A stretch of 64,000 nt of DNA from an uncultured Acidimicrobiaceae bacterium. GTDB taxonomy: Bacteria; Actinomycetota; Acidimicrobiia; Acidimicrobiales; RAAP-2. This document shows positions 45,664-56,059 of the stretch, piece by piece. How positions within the stretch are numbered: the stretch's first letter is position 1; each line of letters starts with the position of its first letter. The notes under the pieces were generated by a model. That model worked only from the letters and a program-made list of their open reading frames with translations, was not told where the DNA came from and searched no databases. The position numbers were made by a program, and so were the translations under genes. The DNA lies in assembly GCA_963753905.1 (NCBI GenBank), contig CAVWDZ010000001.1, positions 2,646,473 to 2,710,472 of the forward strand, given 5' to 3'.

Positions 45664-47768
45664 ATAGTCAGGAAGTTGCTGACAAAGACGATGGTGTAGT
45701 TCGGCCCAGCCGTGACCGTGCCCAGCTCGATTGCATATCTACCGAGTGCCTCGCCAGGAACCCTGGTGAGGGATCCGGTCGTGGTGTCGGAGCCGATCAA
45801 GCCAGTGGCAACGAACGTCAAGGCAGGATCCAGGAGCCCCAACAGTTTGCTCTCGGGGTTTGCGGTGATGGTGAGCGTTGCCGGGTTCACCTTGGTGCTG
45901 CCTTCCACATAGACGATGGCGTAGTTGGGGTCGGCCGCCCCCGTAGCACGAGCTGGAGTACGTACCGAGCACCGGCGAGGAACTGGTCGTGCCCGAGACG
46001 CACGTCGGGAGGGCGGTGAGATTCGCCGGGGAGTCGCCGTTCACGAACCCGGAGTAGGTAGGGGTGACGATGGGCAGCGTGCCACCGAAGATCTGGGCCC
46101 CACTCGACGCGGTGATGGTCAGCGTTGCTGGATTGACTGTGATGGTGCCGTCGACGTAGACGATGGTGTAGTTGGGGTCGGCCGCCCCCGAGCACGAGCT
46201 GGCATAGGTACCGAGCACCGGTGAGAAGGTCGCGGTGCCCGAGACGCACGTCGGGAGGGTGGCGAGGTCCGCCGGGTGAGTCACCGTTGACGAACCCGGA
46301 GTAGGTGGGGGTGACGATGGGCAGCGCGCCACCGAAGATCTGGATGCCACTCGACGCAGTGATCGTGAGCGTTGCCGGATTGACTGTGATGGTGCCATCG
46401 ACGTAGACGATGGAGTAGTCTGGGGTCGACCGCTCCCGAGCACGAGCTTGCATACGTGCCGACAGGTGACGAGCTGGTCGTGCCCGAGACGCATGTCGGG
46501 AGCGATGTGAGGTCCGCTGGGGAATCGCCGTTGACGAAGCCTGAGTAGGTGGGGGTGACGATGGGCAGCGCGCCACCGAAGATCTGGATGCCACTCGACG
46601 CAGTGATCGTGAGCGTTACCAGGTTGACCGTCGTGGTGCCATCGACGTAGACGATGGAGTATCTGGGGTCGACCGCTCCCGAGCACGAGCTTGCATACGT
46701 GCCGACAGGTGACGAGCTGGTCGTACCCGAGACGCATGTCGGGAGCGATGTGAGGTCCGCTGGGGAATCGCCGTTGACGAAGCCTGAGTAGGTGGGGGTG
46801 ACGATGGGCAGCGCGCCACCGAAGATCTGGATGCCACTCGACGCAGTGATCGTGAGCGTTACCAGGTTGACCGTCGTGGTGCCATCGACGTAGACGATGG
46901 AGTATCTGGGGTCGACCGCTCCCGAGCACGAGCTTGCATACGTGCCGACAGGTGACGAGCTGGTCGTACCCGAGACGCATGTCGGGAGCGATGTGAGGTC
47001 CGCTGGGGAATCGCCGTTGACGAAGCCTGAGTACGTAGGAGTGATGGTGGCTACCTTGCCACCGTAGTTCTGGGTTCCATTCGACGCGGTGATCGTGAGC
47101 GTTGGCGGGAGGTGCGGGATTACCGCAGCAGAAGGCATCGATGCGGCCCCCGTTCCCCTGGCGTTCGTAGCGGTCACCCTGAACCTGTATCGAATACCGT
47201 CAGTGAGTCCCGTCACCGTGCATCTGGTGATGACGCTCGTGCAGATCTTGGATCCGAAGATCGAGGTCACTGTGTACCTTCTGATCATGCTCCCGTTGTT
47301 GGCTGGCGCGATCCAGGCGACCCTTGCCCTGGCGTTACCGGCGGTTGCTCTCACGTCCTTGGGGGCCAAGGGCACACCGGGCTTGACCGTGACATGAGTT
47401 GAGGCAGCACCCAATCCAATCCTGTTGCGGGCTTTCACCACAATCGCATAGCTGGTGCCGTTCCTGAGGCCGTGAATGATGCAGATCTTGGTCCCCGTCG
47501 TCGTGCAGATCTTGGACCCAGGCCTCGAGGTGACGGTATAGCCGGTGATAGGGCTCCCGCCATCGTTGATTGGAGCGAACCACTTGACGACCGCCGCTCC
47601 ATTGCCGGGGGTCGCGGCGACGCCCGTCGGTGCCGTGGGCACAGTGACCGATGCATAGGCCGACGGCACGAACAGCAGCATCCCGAGTGCAAACGCACCA
47701 ACAGCCGATGTAAGGAGAAGAGCCCCCCTCCTCAATCCCACCGAGCCCACCATTACCCCCTCTTCCAT
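45654..47768 (-). pseudogene. Secreted surface protein (signal peptide, 2 FN3 domains, 6 MBG YGX-type repeats) interrupted by three +1 frameshifts
   Basis: The signal peptide is MEEGVMVGSVGLRRGALLLTSAVGAFALGMLLFVPSAYA. The FN3 motifs are PTGVAATPGNGAAVVKWFAPINDGGSPITGYTV and ATAGNARARVAWIAPANNGSMIRRYTV. Repeats follow of the form TLTITAS.G.Q.(F/Y)GG.LP.(V/I)TPTYSGFVNGDSPA.LT.LPTCVSG...G.Y.SSCSGA.DP.Y.IVYVDGT. The reading passes through ORFs 46281..47768, 45887..46594, 45739..46980 and 45654..45908. Extra bases sit near 46418, 46277 and 45943. Confidence 0.75.
46357..47086. repeat. Three near-identical tandem DNA units (244, 243 and 243 bp) encoding MBG repeats
   Basis: Units begin with CAGTGATCGTGAGCGTT at 46357, 46601 and 46844. 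About the first 200 bp of the units at 46601 and 46844 are identical by eye. The first unit carries one extra G. Confidence 0.85.
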
Positions 47769-47979
47769 CCCCCGAGCTCATCCCCCGAGCCGAACCACCG
47801 GCGACTTTGCCCCGATTTCCCTCCCCTAAACCAAGCCATGGCGGGTCGTGAGACGCCTGCCCTGGTGGGACCAACTAGTGCCTCGTGAATTGCTACGCGA
47901 ACCGTTTGCAACGTCACTCAATGTGGGCGGGTTCGAGCGGTCAGCGCACCGAATCGGTGAGTCATCGACACTTGTCGGG

Positions 47980-48345
47980 ACGATCCGAGGAGGTGGACCA
48001 CGCGTCCCCGAGCGACCGAAGAAACAGGTCCCGTTGGTGACGCAGCTGCGTGGCCATGGCCTCAGGTGGAAGGAGATCGGTCGGACTTCCTGCTGGTCGC
48101 TGGATGCGGTCTCGGTGGTGGAAAAGAACGCCGGGAGTCGAACGCATTCCAGGTACTCCTCCCCGTGGATCCCTCGCCTCGGCGACTGACCATCGCCGAC
48201 CGCGAGGACGTCGGAATCGGCCTGGCCAAAGGAGGATCCGTGGTTCCGTCGCTCGCCGGACCGGGAAGGCCCCGTCGACTGTCAGCCGGGAGGTAGCCGC
48301 TAATGGGCGGAAACGGGACTCTGTTTCTACCAATCGATCCTCAGC
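47980..48345 (+). mobile_element. IS30-family transposase remnant (N-terminal HTH region only, frameshifted, no DDE domain)
   Basis: Pieces lie in three plus frames. (1) ERPKKQVPLVTQLRGHGLRWKEIGR. (2) PRRLTIADREDVGIGLAKGGSV. (3) SVARRTGKAPSTVSREVAANGRKR. These match the IS30 pattern LTxxEREEIxxGLaxGxSxRxIAxxLGRaPSTVSREvxRNG. Confidence 0.5.
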
Positions 48346-48374
48346 GAGGGCTCCTCGATTGGTATCATCGGGCA

Positions 48375-48857
48375 ATGACCGACATCCGGGAAAGTACGGT
48401 CCAAGCCCTCGAAGAGGTGGCCGATGCCCTGAAAGATGCTCAGCGCGCCCTGCGGGTTGCCGAACTTGCCGCGCGCAAGGCATTGCGAAGCAAGAGCCGA
48501 GGAGTTCCCGACGCCGCCGTGCTGCGGAACACGCGAGTGTCTGATTATCGACCAAATGTAGATCAAGCCCTCGCGAACCTCGAACGAGCGCGCCACAAGG
48601 TGCTCGTGGCCAACTTCAGGGTTGCCCTTGGGGACGGAATGGCGATCGGAGAGCTTGCTCGCAACTACGGCTTCTCGCGACAGCGTGCGGCACGGTACGC
48701 CAAAGAGGCTCGCGGAGATCACCGAGGTGCGACAGCGACGGAAACACTCCAAACCGAGGAGCCCCGTAGCACCGCCCCATTCCCTATCAGCCCAAGCAAC
48801 GTCCACCACAATGATCTCTACGCCGACTCGCAGACCGCCAACTCTTCGACAGGGTGA
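48375..48857 (+). CDS. Hypothetical protein with a C-terminal HTH-like segment
   Basis: ATG at 48375 lies in ORF 48303..48857. It has a coiled-coil-like N-terminus. GMAIGELARNYGFSRQRAARYAKEA resembles a sigma-region-4 or resolvase-type HTH. Confidence 0.5.
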   Translation: MTDIRESTVQALEEVADALKDAQRALRVAELAARKALRSKSRGVPDAAVLRNTRVSDYRPNVDQALANLERARHKVLVANFRVALGDGMAIGELARNYGFSRQRAARYAKEARGDHRGATATETLQTEEPRSTAPFPISPSNVHHNDLYADSQTANSSTG

Positions 48858-49011
48858 ATCACCACCGTGTGCATGGAGTTGACCCGCTCCGCGACACCAG
48901 TGGGTGCCGCACTCGTGCCAGTCGTGGCACCCTGGATGCCTCGCTGACCGGTCTCTGTTTGCTCGGCACCATGAACCCTCCCTGGACAATCCATTGGTGG
49001 GAGCGGCACTG

Positions 49012-49052
49012 ACGCAAAGAAACCCCCGGCATCGCCGGGGGTTTCTTTGCGT
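49012..49052. terminator. Bidirectional terminator-like hairpin (19-bp stem, 3-nt loop)
   Basis: ACGCAAAGAAACCCCCGGC ATC GCCGGGGGTTTCTTTGCGT lies between convergent genes that end at 48857 (+) and 49076 (-). Confidence 0.7.
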
Positions 49053-49075
49053 TCCCCCCAATGGGGACGGGGGCC

Positions 49076-49561
49076 TCAGAGCTTCTGCGGACCCAGGTTC
49101 TTGACGAGGTAGGTGCTACTGGTGCCCTTCTTGTAGATGCACACTTTTCCGGAGACGGCGCCACCCTTCAGCCCAGTGGCAGTCCCTCCGGTGACCGAGC
49201 CAGTCTCTTGGACTTCGAGGAACTTCGTGTACCCGGTGACTGCCGGGCAGACGTTCGGCGTCACGTTCTTGTAGGTGAAGGATTCGATCGACGTCTTCCC
49301 GGTTGCCCAAGTAATCGTTGCCGACTTGTCGGTGGATGCCACCTTGGCGGTGCCTGACGTTCCCGTCTCAGTCTTGCCTGTTCCCGAACAACCAGAGATC
49401 TTCTGTGTTGACTGGTTGCCGGACAGAGACGTACAACTCAGAGTGAGCGGAGTCGCTGAAGCAAAGCTCCCTGGAATCGCAGCCGCAGCAAAGGATGCTG
49501 AACCGGCTACTGCCGCAGCACAGACCAACATCCGAGCTGGAAGCTTGAGTGTCCGTTGCAT
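49076..49561 (-). CDS. Small exported protein of unknown function
   Basis: ATG at 49561 follows AAAGGGGAA. The signal peptide is MQRTLKLPARMLVCAAAVAGSASFAAAA. The mature part is beta-rich with 4 Cys. Confidence 0.65.
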   Translation of the reverse strand: MQRTLKLPARMLVCAAAVAGSASFAAAAIPGSFASATPLTLSCTSLSGNQSTQKISGCSGTGKTETGTSGTAKVASTDKSATITWATGKTSIESFTYKNVTPNVCPAVTGYTKFLEVQETGSVTGGTATGLKGGAVSGKVCIYKKGTSSTYLVKNLGPQKL

Positions 49562-50178
49562 TTGAGATTCCCCTTTGTCGGAATGAATGAAGTCGTTCCA
49601 CTTCAGAATGGGAAGGTTCCCAGTGCACGGTGATGCCAAACCTTTGTTTGAGATCTTTTGTTGCCACCAGTACTGGCAATAGTTCTCACTGCTCCCGAGA
49701 GGCGCGGGACCGGCGAATCAGCGAGCAGACAGATCGGGTCGTACGACGTTTGAGGGCGGGTGCCCGAAAGGGCCGATCCCCGCGCTTATCCGCACGCTCG
49801 AACGTGCCCGGGCGCGTGACACTTTCGCCAGCACGCTGCGGCCAAAGAGTCGGCCCTCGGCTCGTTCCCGAAGTTCCTGAGCTCGCCAATGCACCGAGCG
49901 TCCATACCGGCAATGAGCGTGGACCGCCGTAGTCGTCGGAGCCTGTAGGAGGATGACAGCCAGTATTGTCTCAGGGGCTTGACCGGCTCACCCCACTCGC
50001 GGACCGAGGAACGGCGTTTGGGTCTCGTTGACCAGCGTTGCCTAGGATCCTGATCGGCCCCGCCCAACATGGGCCCGGCGACATCGGACCGGGGCATGTT
50101 GAGGACGTAGAGAGAACGGGGTAACGGTGCAGCCGGCGACAGGGCGGCCGGCGACCCGGCGAAGAGAGAGACGAGATC

Positions 50179-51136
50179 GTGACCTCACGATTGGCCACTG
50201 ATGCGGAAGTCAAGACCTGGCAAGAAGAGGGTTGGGTGCTGCTCGAGGGTCTCGTTGCCGCTGCCGAGATCGACGCCGCATCCGAGGATCTCCGCCTGCT
50301 CTTTCCCAGCCCCGAGGAATACCATGCCGATCCCCAGGGCGTGACCGAACAGTGGAAGGGGCGGCCGGCCAAACCCAAGGAGGACTACGTCTGGCCCGAC
50401 GAGGGTCCGGGATTCCGCGCGGACCAGCAGCGCTGGATGGGAGCCTTCCCATTCGCCGGGATCGGGGGCGCTCAACCGGCTCTACGTCCACGATTCAATC
50501 GTCAACTTCGCCGAGCGCGCCCTCGAGACCACCGATATACGCCTGTACCAGGCCCACGCCAGCGCGAAGTTCTCCGGATTGACCAACTACGAGCAGCCGA
50601 TGCATATCGACCGCAACCACTCCTGGCTTCCCCCAGGCCACGAGTCCCCGTGGTGGAACCTGGAGGGGTTCCTCTACCTCTCGGATGTGACCGAAGGGGC
50701 CAACCCCACCCGACTGGTCTCGGTACGGGATTCGGCCCACGTCACCTCGCCCTTCGGGGTGGTCCTTCCCGATTGGGACCCCGAGCTGTACGCCACCGAG
50801 CGGCCGGCGCCGGGGGTCCGTGGCTCATACCTCGCCTACCGGTCAGACGTCTATCACCGGGGCGCTCCCTTCGGGTCCCCGGGGACTACCCGGTTCGTGG
50901 CGGCAGTGGCCTTCAAGAATGCCGGAGTGGACTGGATCGGATACGACCAGCAGCAGTCGCGCTCGACCGGACCCGAGTGGACGAAGTTCGTGGAAGGCTC
51001 GACGCCCCGCCAGCTCGAGCTGTTCGGGTTCCCGCCACCGGGACATCCGGTCTGGAACGAGAAGCTCCTCGACCAGACGGCGCTCCGGTACCCGGAGCTT
51101 GACCTCGGCCCGTGGAGGGCGGAGCTCACCCCGTAG
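50179..51136 (+). pseudogene. Phytanoyl-CoA dioxygenase (PhyH)-family Fe(II)/2-oxoglutarate oxygenase with one frameshift in a G5 run
   Basis: ORF 50179.. reads well up to ...QQRWMGAFPFAGIG. The next frame (ORF 50579..51136, open from 50462) continues ALNRLYVHDSIVNFAERALETTDIRLYQAHASAKFSGLTNYEQPMHIDRNH... Removing one G from GGGGG at 50464..50468 joins the two frames. Confidence 0.7.
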
Positions 51137-51247
51137 CGCAGTACCGGTCTGGAGCCAACGGCCCGGTCGTGGGGCCTTGACCGCTTCAAATGGAAGATGA
51201 AGGCCCAGGACATCCTGCGCCATTCCGGTCCCTCGGCTCACGTTCGC

Positions 51248-51380
51248 CTTGATCGCTGCGTCGGAGCTCGCTAGCTCGCACCGCAACTCGGTTCCCCAGC
51301 GTCGCCGACCCGGCCCGGGGTGTCGGGGTTTCGTCTACAAATCCCACGCGATCCTGGCTAACCGACGACCCCGGTCGCCC
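51248..51380 (+). repeat. Copy A of a ~125 to 130-bp direct repeat
   Basis: TTGATCG...CTCGCACCGCAAC...GTCGCCGACCCGGCC...TTTCGTCTACAAATCCC...TGGCTAACCGACGACCCCGGTC aligns with 60547..60670 in the same orientation. Copy A has a 9-bp insert (ACGCGATCC). Confidence 0.8.
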
Positions 51381-51441
51381 GAACGATCAGGGACAGTCCG
51401 GCTCCACTCGGTACGGGCACTCCCGCCCTGCAGTCAGCATC

Positions 51442-51928
51442 TCAACCCGGAACCGTTGGGGCGTCACTGGAAGGGATGAGGTAACCGTTGATGAAGGACC
51501 ATCCCGTCGTGACGCCTGAGAATATATAGATCTCGTAACCGTTCGGAGGATCAGACTCAAAGAACCAAATGTCGCACGGTAGTTGGCCGGAGCTGCAAAG
51601 ATCTCGACCGTAGCGCCGGATACCGTGTCCAAATTCAGGTCCTGCATGTTGTACGCGTCGCCTGGCGGGAGTGCCTTGGTGAGCGGCGTACACATCAGAT
51701 GTCCGGTCGAGGACCCAAGATACGACTCGGTGTAGCTGCGATAGCTGGTCGGCAGTGCCTCGGTTGTGAGCAGTTGGTTCGCGCTGGACACATTCGCCTT
51801 CTGACCGGACGCGCCCACGATGCCGTTGTAAAGCGTTCCGGCATATGCGGCAGTAGGCACCAACAACAGGGCACGGCAATTCCGACGACGACGTACTCGC
51901 CTCGGGACATGTTCTTGAGTGTGGACAT
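51442..51928 (-). pseudogene. Small secreted protein gene with two single-base deletions
   Basis: GAGGAGGA precedes ATG at 51928. Frame 1 reads MSTLKNMSRGEYVVVGIAV. Frame 2 reads LLLVPTAAYAGTLYNGIVGASGQKANVSS...FAAPANYRAT. Frame 3 reads IWFFESDPPNGYEIYIFSGVTTGWSFINGYLIPSSDAPTVPG*. The breaks lie near 51873 and 51575. Confidence 0.6.
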
Positions 51929-52719
51929 TCCTCCTCGTTGGTGTCGCCAACGGAGGAGTTAGGCCATTACCCACCTTCCGCCGAAGGCCACTGGAATGGT
52001 AGACCTCTCTGTGTTCCCGTGCCCATGTGTCGTGTCTGTGACGGAGATTTACGACGCAACTACAAATTGCAACTCGTGACAACGATTCCTGTGTTCCCAC
52101 ATTGAACCTCAACCCGAGTGGGGAGGGCGGTACGCGGATGACCGCCCCTGACCCGGCAGCGAGGTCACGCCGCCAGGACCTGTCGCAGGCTCATGCTTCC
52201 TGTGTCGCCTAGCAGACAGACGGATGCCCACCGGCGGCGCACACTGGTCTTGCGGGCTCTCAGATGATGCTCTGAGTCCCCCAACCGGAGCTGCTGCCCC
52301 CCCATGGCAGTTCCCAGACAGGCCCCGGTCGGCCCCCTGACCGGGGTCTTGTCGCGTCCCGAGGCAGAGATCGGGAGACCGTCTTCGGGGGCTCGCATAG
52401 GTGTGGCTCTACGTAATGGGATCGGTGACCGTGACTGTTGCCCGCACGAGATTCGCGATTCCACACATCATTGTCGTACTCCGCTTGGCCACCGACATGT
52501 CCACGGCAAGCGCCCGCCTGCCGGATATCGCTACGCTCCTGATAGGGGATGGTACGGACAGGCTCAGAACGCGACAATGTCACTGGTCCCAACGGGAAAC
52601 AACTGCTAGAACTGGACTTCGGCGGCCGGGCGGTGCCGAGCCGCTGGACCTTCCGAGGGGAGAGGCTCGCGCGAAAAGATTGGCGGAACCGTCACGGTGT
52701 TCTTATCGGGCGTAGTTTT

Positions 52720-54991
52720 TTGAAAACCCGAGTTGCGCTGGCCATCGCGTCAGGGGTGGCAGTTGCACTGGCTGTCGGACCCGGCGTTGCGAGTGGTGTG
52801 CCCAACAATCCACCCAACAACCCGACCGCGCCGGCCATCTCCTACGAGGTCGACTGCACGACCGGATTCCAGGCCGGTCTCGACCAGCCGTTCGTCACGA
52901 CCCTCCAGGGCAACACGAGTATCGACTCAGCCGCGCCGACCGGTCAGACCTTCGGTTTCTCGGGCACCGCCACGACCGTGCTTACAGGTGCCTTCATCGC
53001 CAACATCTATGAGAACGGTCTGGGCAGCGGGACGTCCCAGCTGCGGTGGACCGAGACGATCGGGTCGACGGATGGGCATGCCACCGGAAGCTACGTCTTC
53101 AATTCGAAGACCCTCAGCGAGCCGGACGGCGGGGGCACCACCCCGAGGACCGTGACCTGGGCCAAGGCCTCGACCACGCTGGCCACTACCGGCGGGGGCT
53201 TCGCGGGCATAGCGGTCGGTGACGGCCTCGCCTCGGGCCAAGCCGGGATCAACCAGGCCGCAACCGTGACGGCCGTGGCCGCGAACGACGACTCGATCAC
53301 CATCAGTCTGCCGACCACGGCGGCGGCAACCACGGGCGACGCCGCGACCGTCAGCTGGGGCGCGACCACTGTGTTCAGTCAAGCCGTCAACACCGGGAGC
53401 ATCTTCACCACCAACGGGCCGAGCGGAGGCAGGGCCGGGATCGGCCTGGTGAGCGCGACCCAGTTCACCGCCGAGGAGCTCGTCACGTTCGGGGGAGCGA
53501 CCGGGGACGGGCCGAGTAACTGCCTGCTCACCGGGTGGACCGGGTCGACCCCGCCGAAAGCAGGCCCGCCCCAGACCGGCGGCACCAGCCCGACCGGGGC
53601 GACCCACCCGGCTCTGCCGGCCGGCAGCACCACTCCACTGATCACGGCCTCCCCGGTCAAGGTGCGGCCAGCGGCCTACCTCAACCTCACTGCGCCGACG
53701 CTGCCGGGTGCACCCACCGGGGTGAGCGCAAGCGCTGGTCCGATCAATAGCACCTACGCGACGGTCTCCTGGACCGCACCGCCGGACGGCGGCTCGCCGA
53801 TCACGAGTTACGTGATCACCACCCTTCAGGGGGGGGTGAATGTCGGCACAACCTGGGTGGGTCCGGTCACGAGCGGCAGCGTCGTAGGCCTCGCAACCGG
53901 AGTTCCGTACGTATTCGAGGTGAGTGCCGTTAATGCAGTGGGAACCGGACCGGAATCGTCTCCCTCGAGCGCTCTGACGCTTGATGCACCCCCGTCGATC
54001 ACCTCAGCGGCTTCGACGACCTTCGTCAAGGGTCAGTTCAGCACGTTCAGCGTGACCGCCACCGGCTATCCAACCCTGATGCATTTCACGAAGGGCGGCG
54101 TTCTCCCGAGTGGGGTCACACTCACCGGCGCAGGAGTGCTGTCGGGTACACCCACCGCCACCGGCAGCTTCACTTTCGCCATCGAGGCGAGCAACGGGGT
54201 GTTCCCGATTGCCTCTCAGGCATTCACCCTCAAGGTGGTCGCGATCAAGATCACGACGCTCACGTTGGGTACGGCAAAACGTGGGGTCCCCTATTCGCGT
54301 CAGCTCACTGAGGTTGGGGGGGTCGCTCCCTTCACCTGGACCAACACCACGCCGAAGCTGCCAGCAGGTCCCTGAGCTCCTCGGGCAAGATCACCGGCAA
54401 GGTCTTGTCAACGGTGACACCGGGCAACTATTCCGTGGGGGTATCGCTCCATGACAGTGCATCTCCCACCCGTAACGCGACAAAAGCGATTCTGGAGCTC
54501 ATCGTGGCGGGAGCCGGAACGTCTGCATTCACGATGACCTGCCCTGGTGTGCCCACCGTCGGAACGCTCTTACTGGTCGGTACCGTGGTGAACGGGGCAA
54601 TTTCTGAAAATTCGATCATGCCAGGAGGGTCAGTGAGCGTTACGGGGCTCTCCCTCAGTGTGACCTTTCCTCAGAGCATTCTCCGCTGACAGCGGGCGAC
54701 ACCCTCGGCGGTAGCATCGAAATGAGCCTCACTTCGATCGGCGCGACACCGTCGAGCATGCCCGCAACGTTCACACTGCCGAGCACCGCCATCGCAAATC
54801 CACCCCCGTCGTCACAGACCCTCATCGCTCCCGGAACGACCGGGACACTCACGGTTAGCACGTCAGCCACAGCAGTGATGCTGGCGACCGGAACCACCGC
54901 AAGCCTGACACTCTCGGTTAACGGTTCCGCGGTGGGCCCCTTCGCTTGTACTCAGCCGGCCGAAACCTTGACTTCCGCTCCAATCATTTGA
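52720..54991 (+). pseudogene. Large exported surface protein (unknown N-terminal domain, FN3, He_PIG-type putative Ig domains) with two frameshifts
   Basis: TTG at 52720 gives the signal peptide KTRVALAIASGVAVALAVGPGVASG. The FN3 motif is PGAPTGVSASAGPINSTYATVSWTAPPDGGSPITSYVI. The He_PIG-like motif is LPSGVTLTGAGVLSGTPTATGSFTFAIEASNG. The frame breaks at ...TTPKLPAGP* (54375) and resumes LSSSGKITGKVLSTVTPGNYSVGVSL (to 54689). It resumes again at ...IEMSLTSIGATPSS (to 54991). Confidence 0.65.
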
Positions 54992-55253
54992 GGAACCAAT
55001 CCACACGCCAGAATGCCGTTGTGGGCGAGGCAATTTTCAAGCGAGCACGGTGTGGGCCGAAGTACCGCATCCGCACATTCCCGGAGGCCTGATTTCGCTA
55101 GTGACGGAAAACGCGCGAAGCGGTTTGGTGGGTCCTCTGAAAGGCCAAAAACTGCCTCTGACCAGGGTGGAGGTGCTGGGACGTTACTCAAACCATGCTG
55201 ACCAGGGACAACGCCTGAGACACCTACTAGACCTCGCATCTGAGGGCCCTCGA

Positions 55254-55598
55254 ATGCCCAAGACTCGAACCGTTCGGCGTGTCTTTCGCCGGCTTTCTGA
55301 GGACCAAGCGGCGCACCTTGTTGGGGACTACTCGTCAGGTGCAAGTCAGCGGGAACTGGCGTGTGAATTCAAGGTCCATCCCCAGACCGTGGCTGCCACG
55401 CTTAATCGGGCCGGCATTGCTCGTCGGGACCGTGGACTCAGCGGGGACCGACTCTTGCGCAGGCGCAGACGATGTGCCGATCCGGCATGTCACTCCGCGC
55501 GATTGGTGCTGAGTTCGATATCAACGCTGAAACGGTTCGTCGGTATCTCAAGCTGGCAGGTGAGACGATCCGAGATCGTCCGGGGTGGCGGTACTGAA
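55254..55598 (+). pseudogene. Double-HTH small regulator with one frameshift
   Basis: MPKTRTVRRVFRRLSEDQAAHLVGDYSSGASQRELACEFKVHPQTVAATLNRAGIARRDRGLSG is followed, after a shift near 55445, by TLAQAQTMCRSGMSLRAIGAEFDINAETVRRYLKLAGETIRDRPGWRY*. The two HTH units are similar to each other. Confidence 0.55.
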
Positions 55599-55645
55599 CA
55601 GTGCCGAGCAGCGAGAACGTGCCAAGCGTGTTCACCTCCACAAAG

Positions 55646-56020
55646 TCACGGTCCATCTGCTGTCTGCGTGTGACCTTTTGTGCGCCATCGATTCCAGGGC
55701 CACGTGCCGTCGATCTCGACCTCAAGCGAGAAGCTCAACAGGACGCGAATCACGACGATGATTCCCAGAACCGCCACGCTCTCCAAGGACTGGTCGACGA
55801 CGATCGTGCGGATAATGTCGGCGATGATCAGCACCTCGAGGCCCAGCAAGATGACTCGACCGAGGTTCCTTCGCAGGTCAGCGAATGCACTCTGGCCGCG
55901 GCGCCCCGCGGCGTCACGCACGAAAAGAGCAAACGCCCAGAGCCCTCCAAGGAGAAGAATCGTCGCCCCCACGGCCTCGACAACGTCGACGACGTGGGCA
56001 AAGAACTCGCGGTACGTCAT
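55646..56020 (-). CDS. DUF1622-like membrane protein
   Basis: 124 aa with LLGLEVLIIADIIRTIVV and VLGIIVVIRVLLSFSLEVE. Confidence 0.7.
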   Translation of the reverse strand: MTYREFFAHVVDVVEAVGATILLLGGLWAFALFVRDAAGRRGQSAFADLRRNLGRVILLGLEVLIIADIIRTIVVDQSLESVAVLGIIVVIRVLLSFSLEVEIDGTWPWNRWRTKGHTQTADGP

Positions 56021-56059
56021 GACGAAACGCTAGTACGCCCGCACTGAGCCACGAGGCTC

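Noticed and set aside
45654-47100. A regular ~243-bp periodic repeat array, considered as a possible CRISPR or satellite.
   Set aside because: The repeats are contiguous with no unique spacers. They are 10 times longer than CRISPR repeats and translate into MBG protein domains.
49640-50178. A 540-nt gap with several 60 to 135-aa ORFs on both strands, for example 49786..50097 (-) and 49971..50378 (-).
   Set aside because: No motif, no RBS and mixed codon signal. It is most likely non-coding or unrecognisable gene debris within the low-GC segment.
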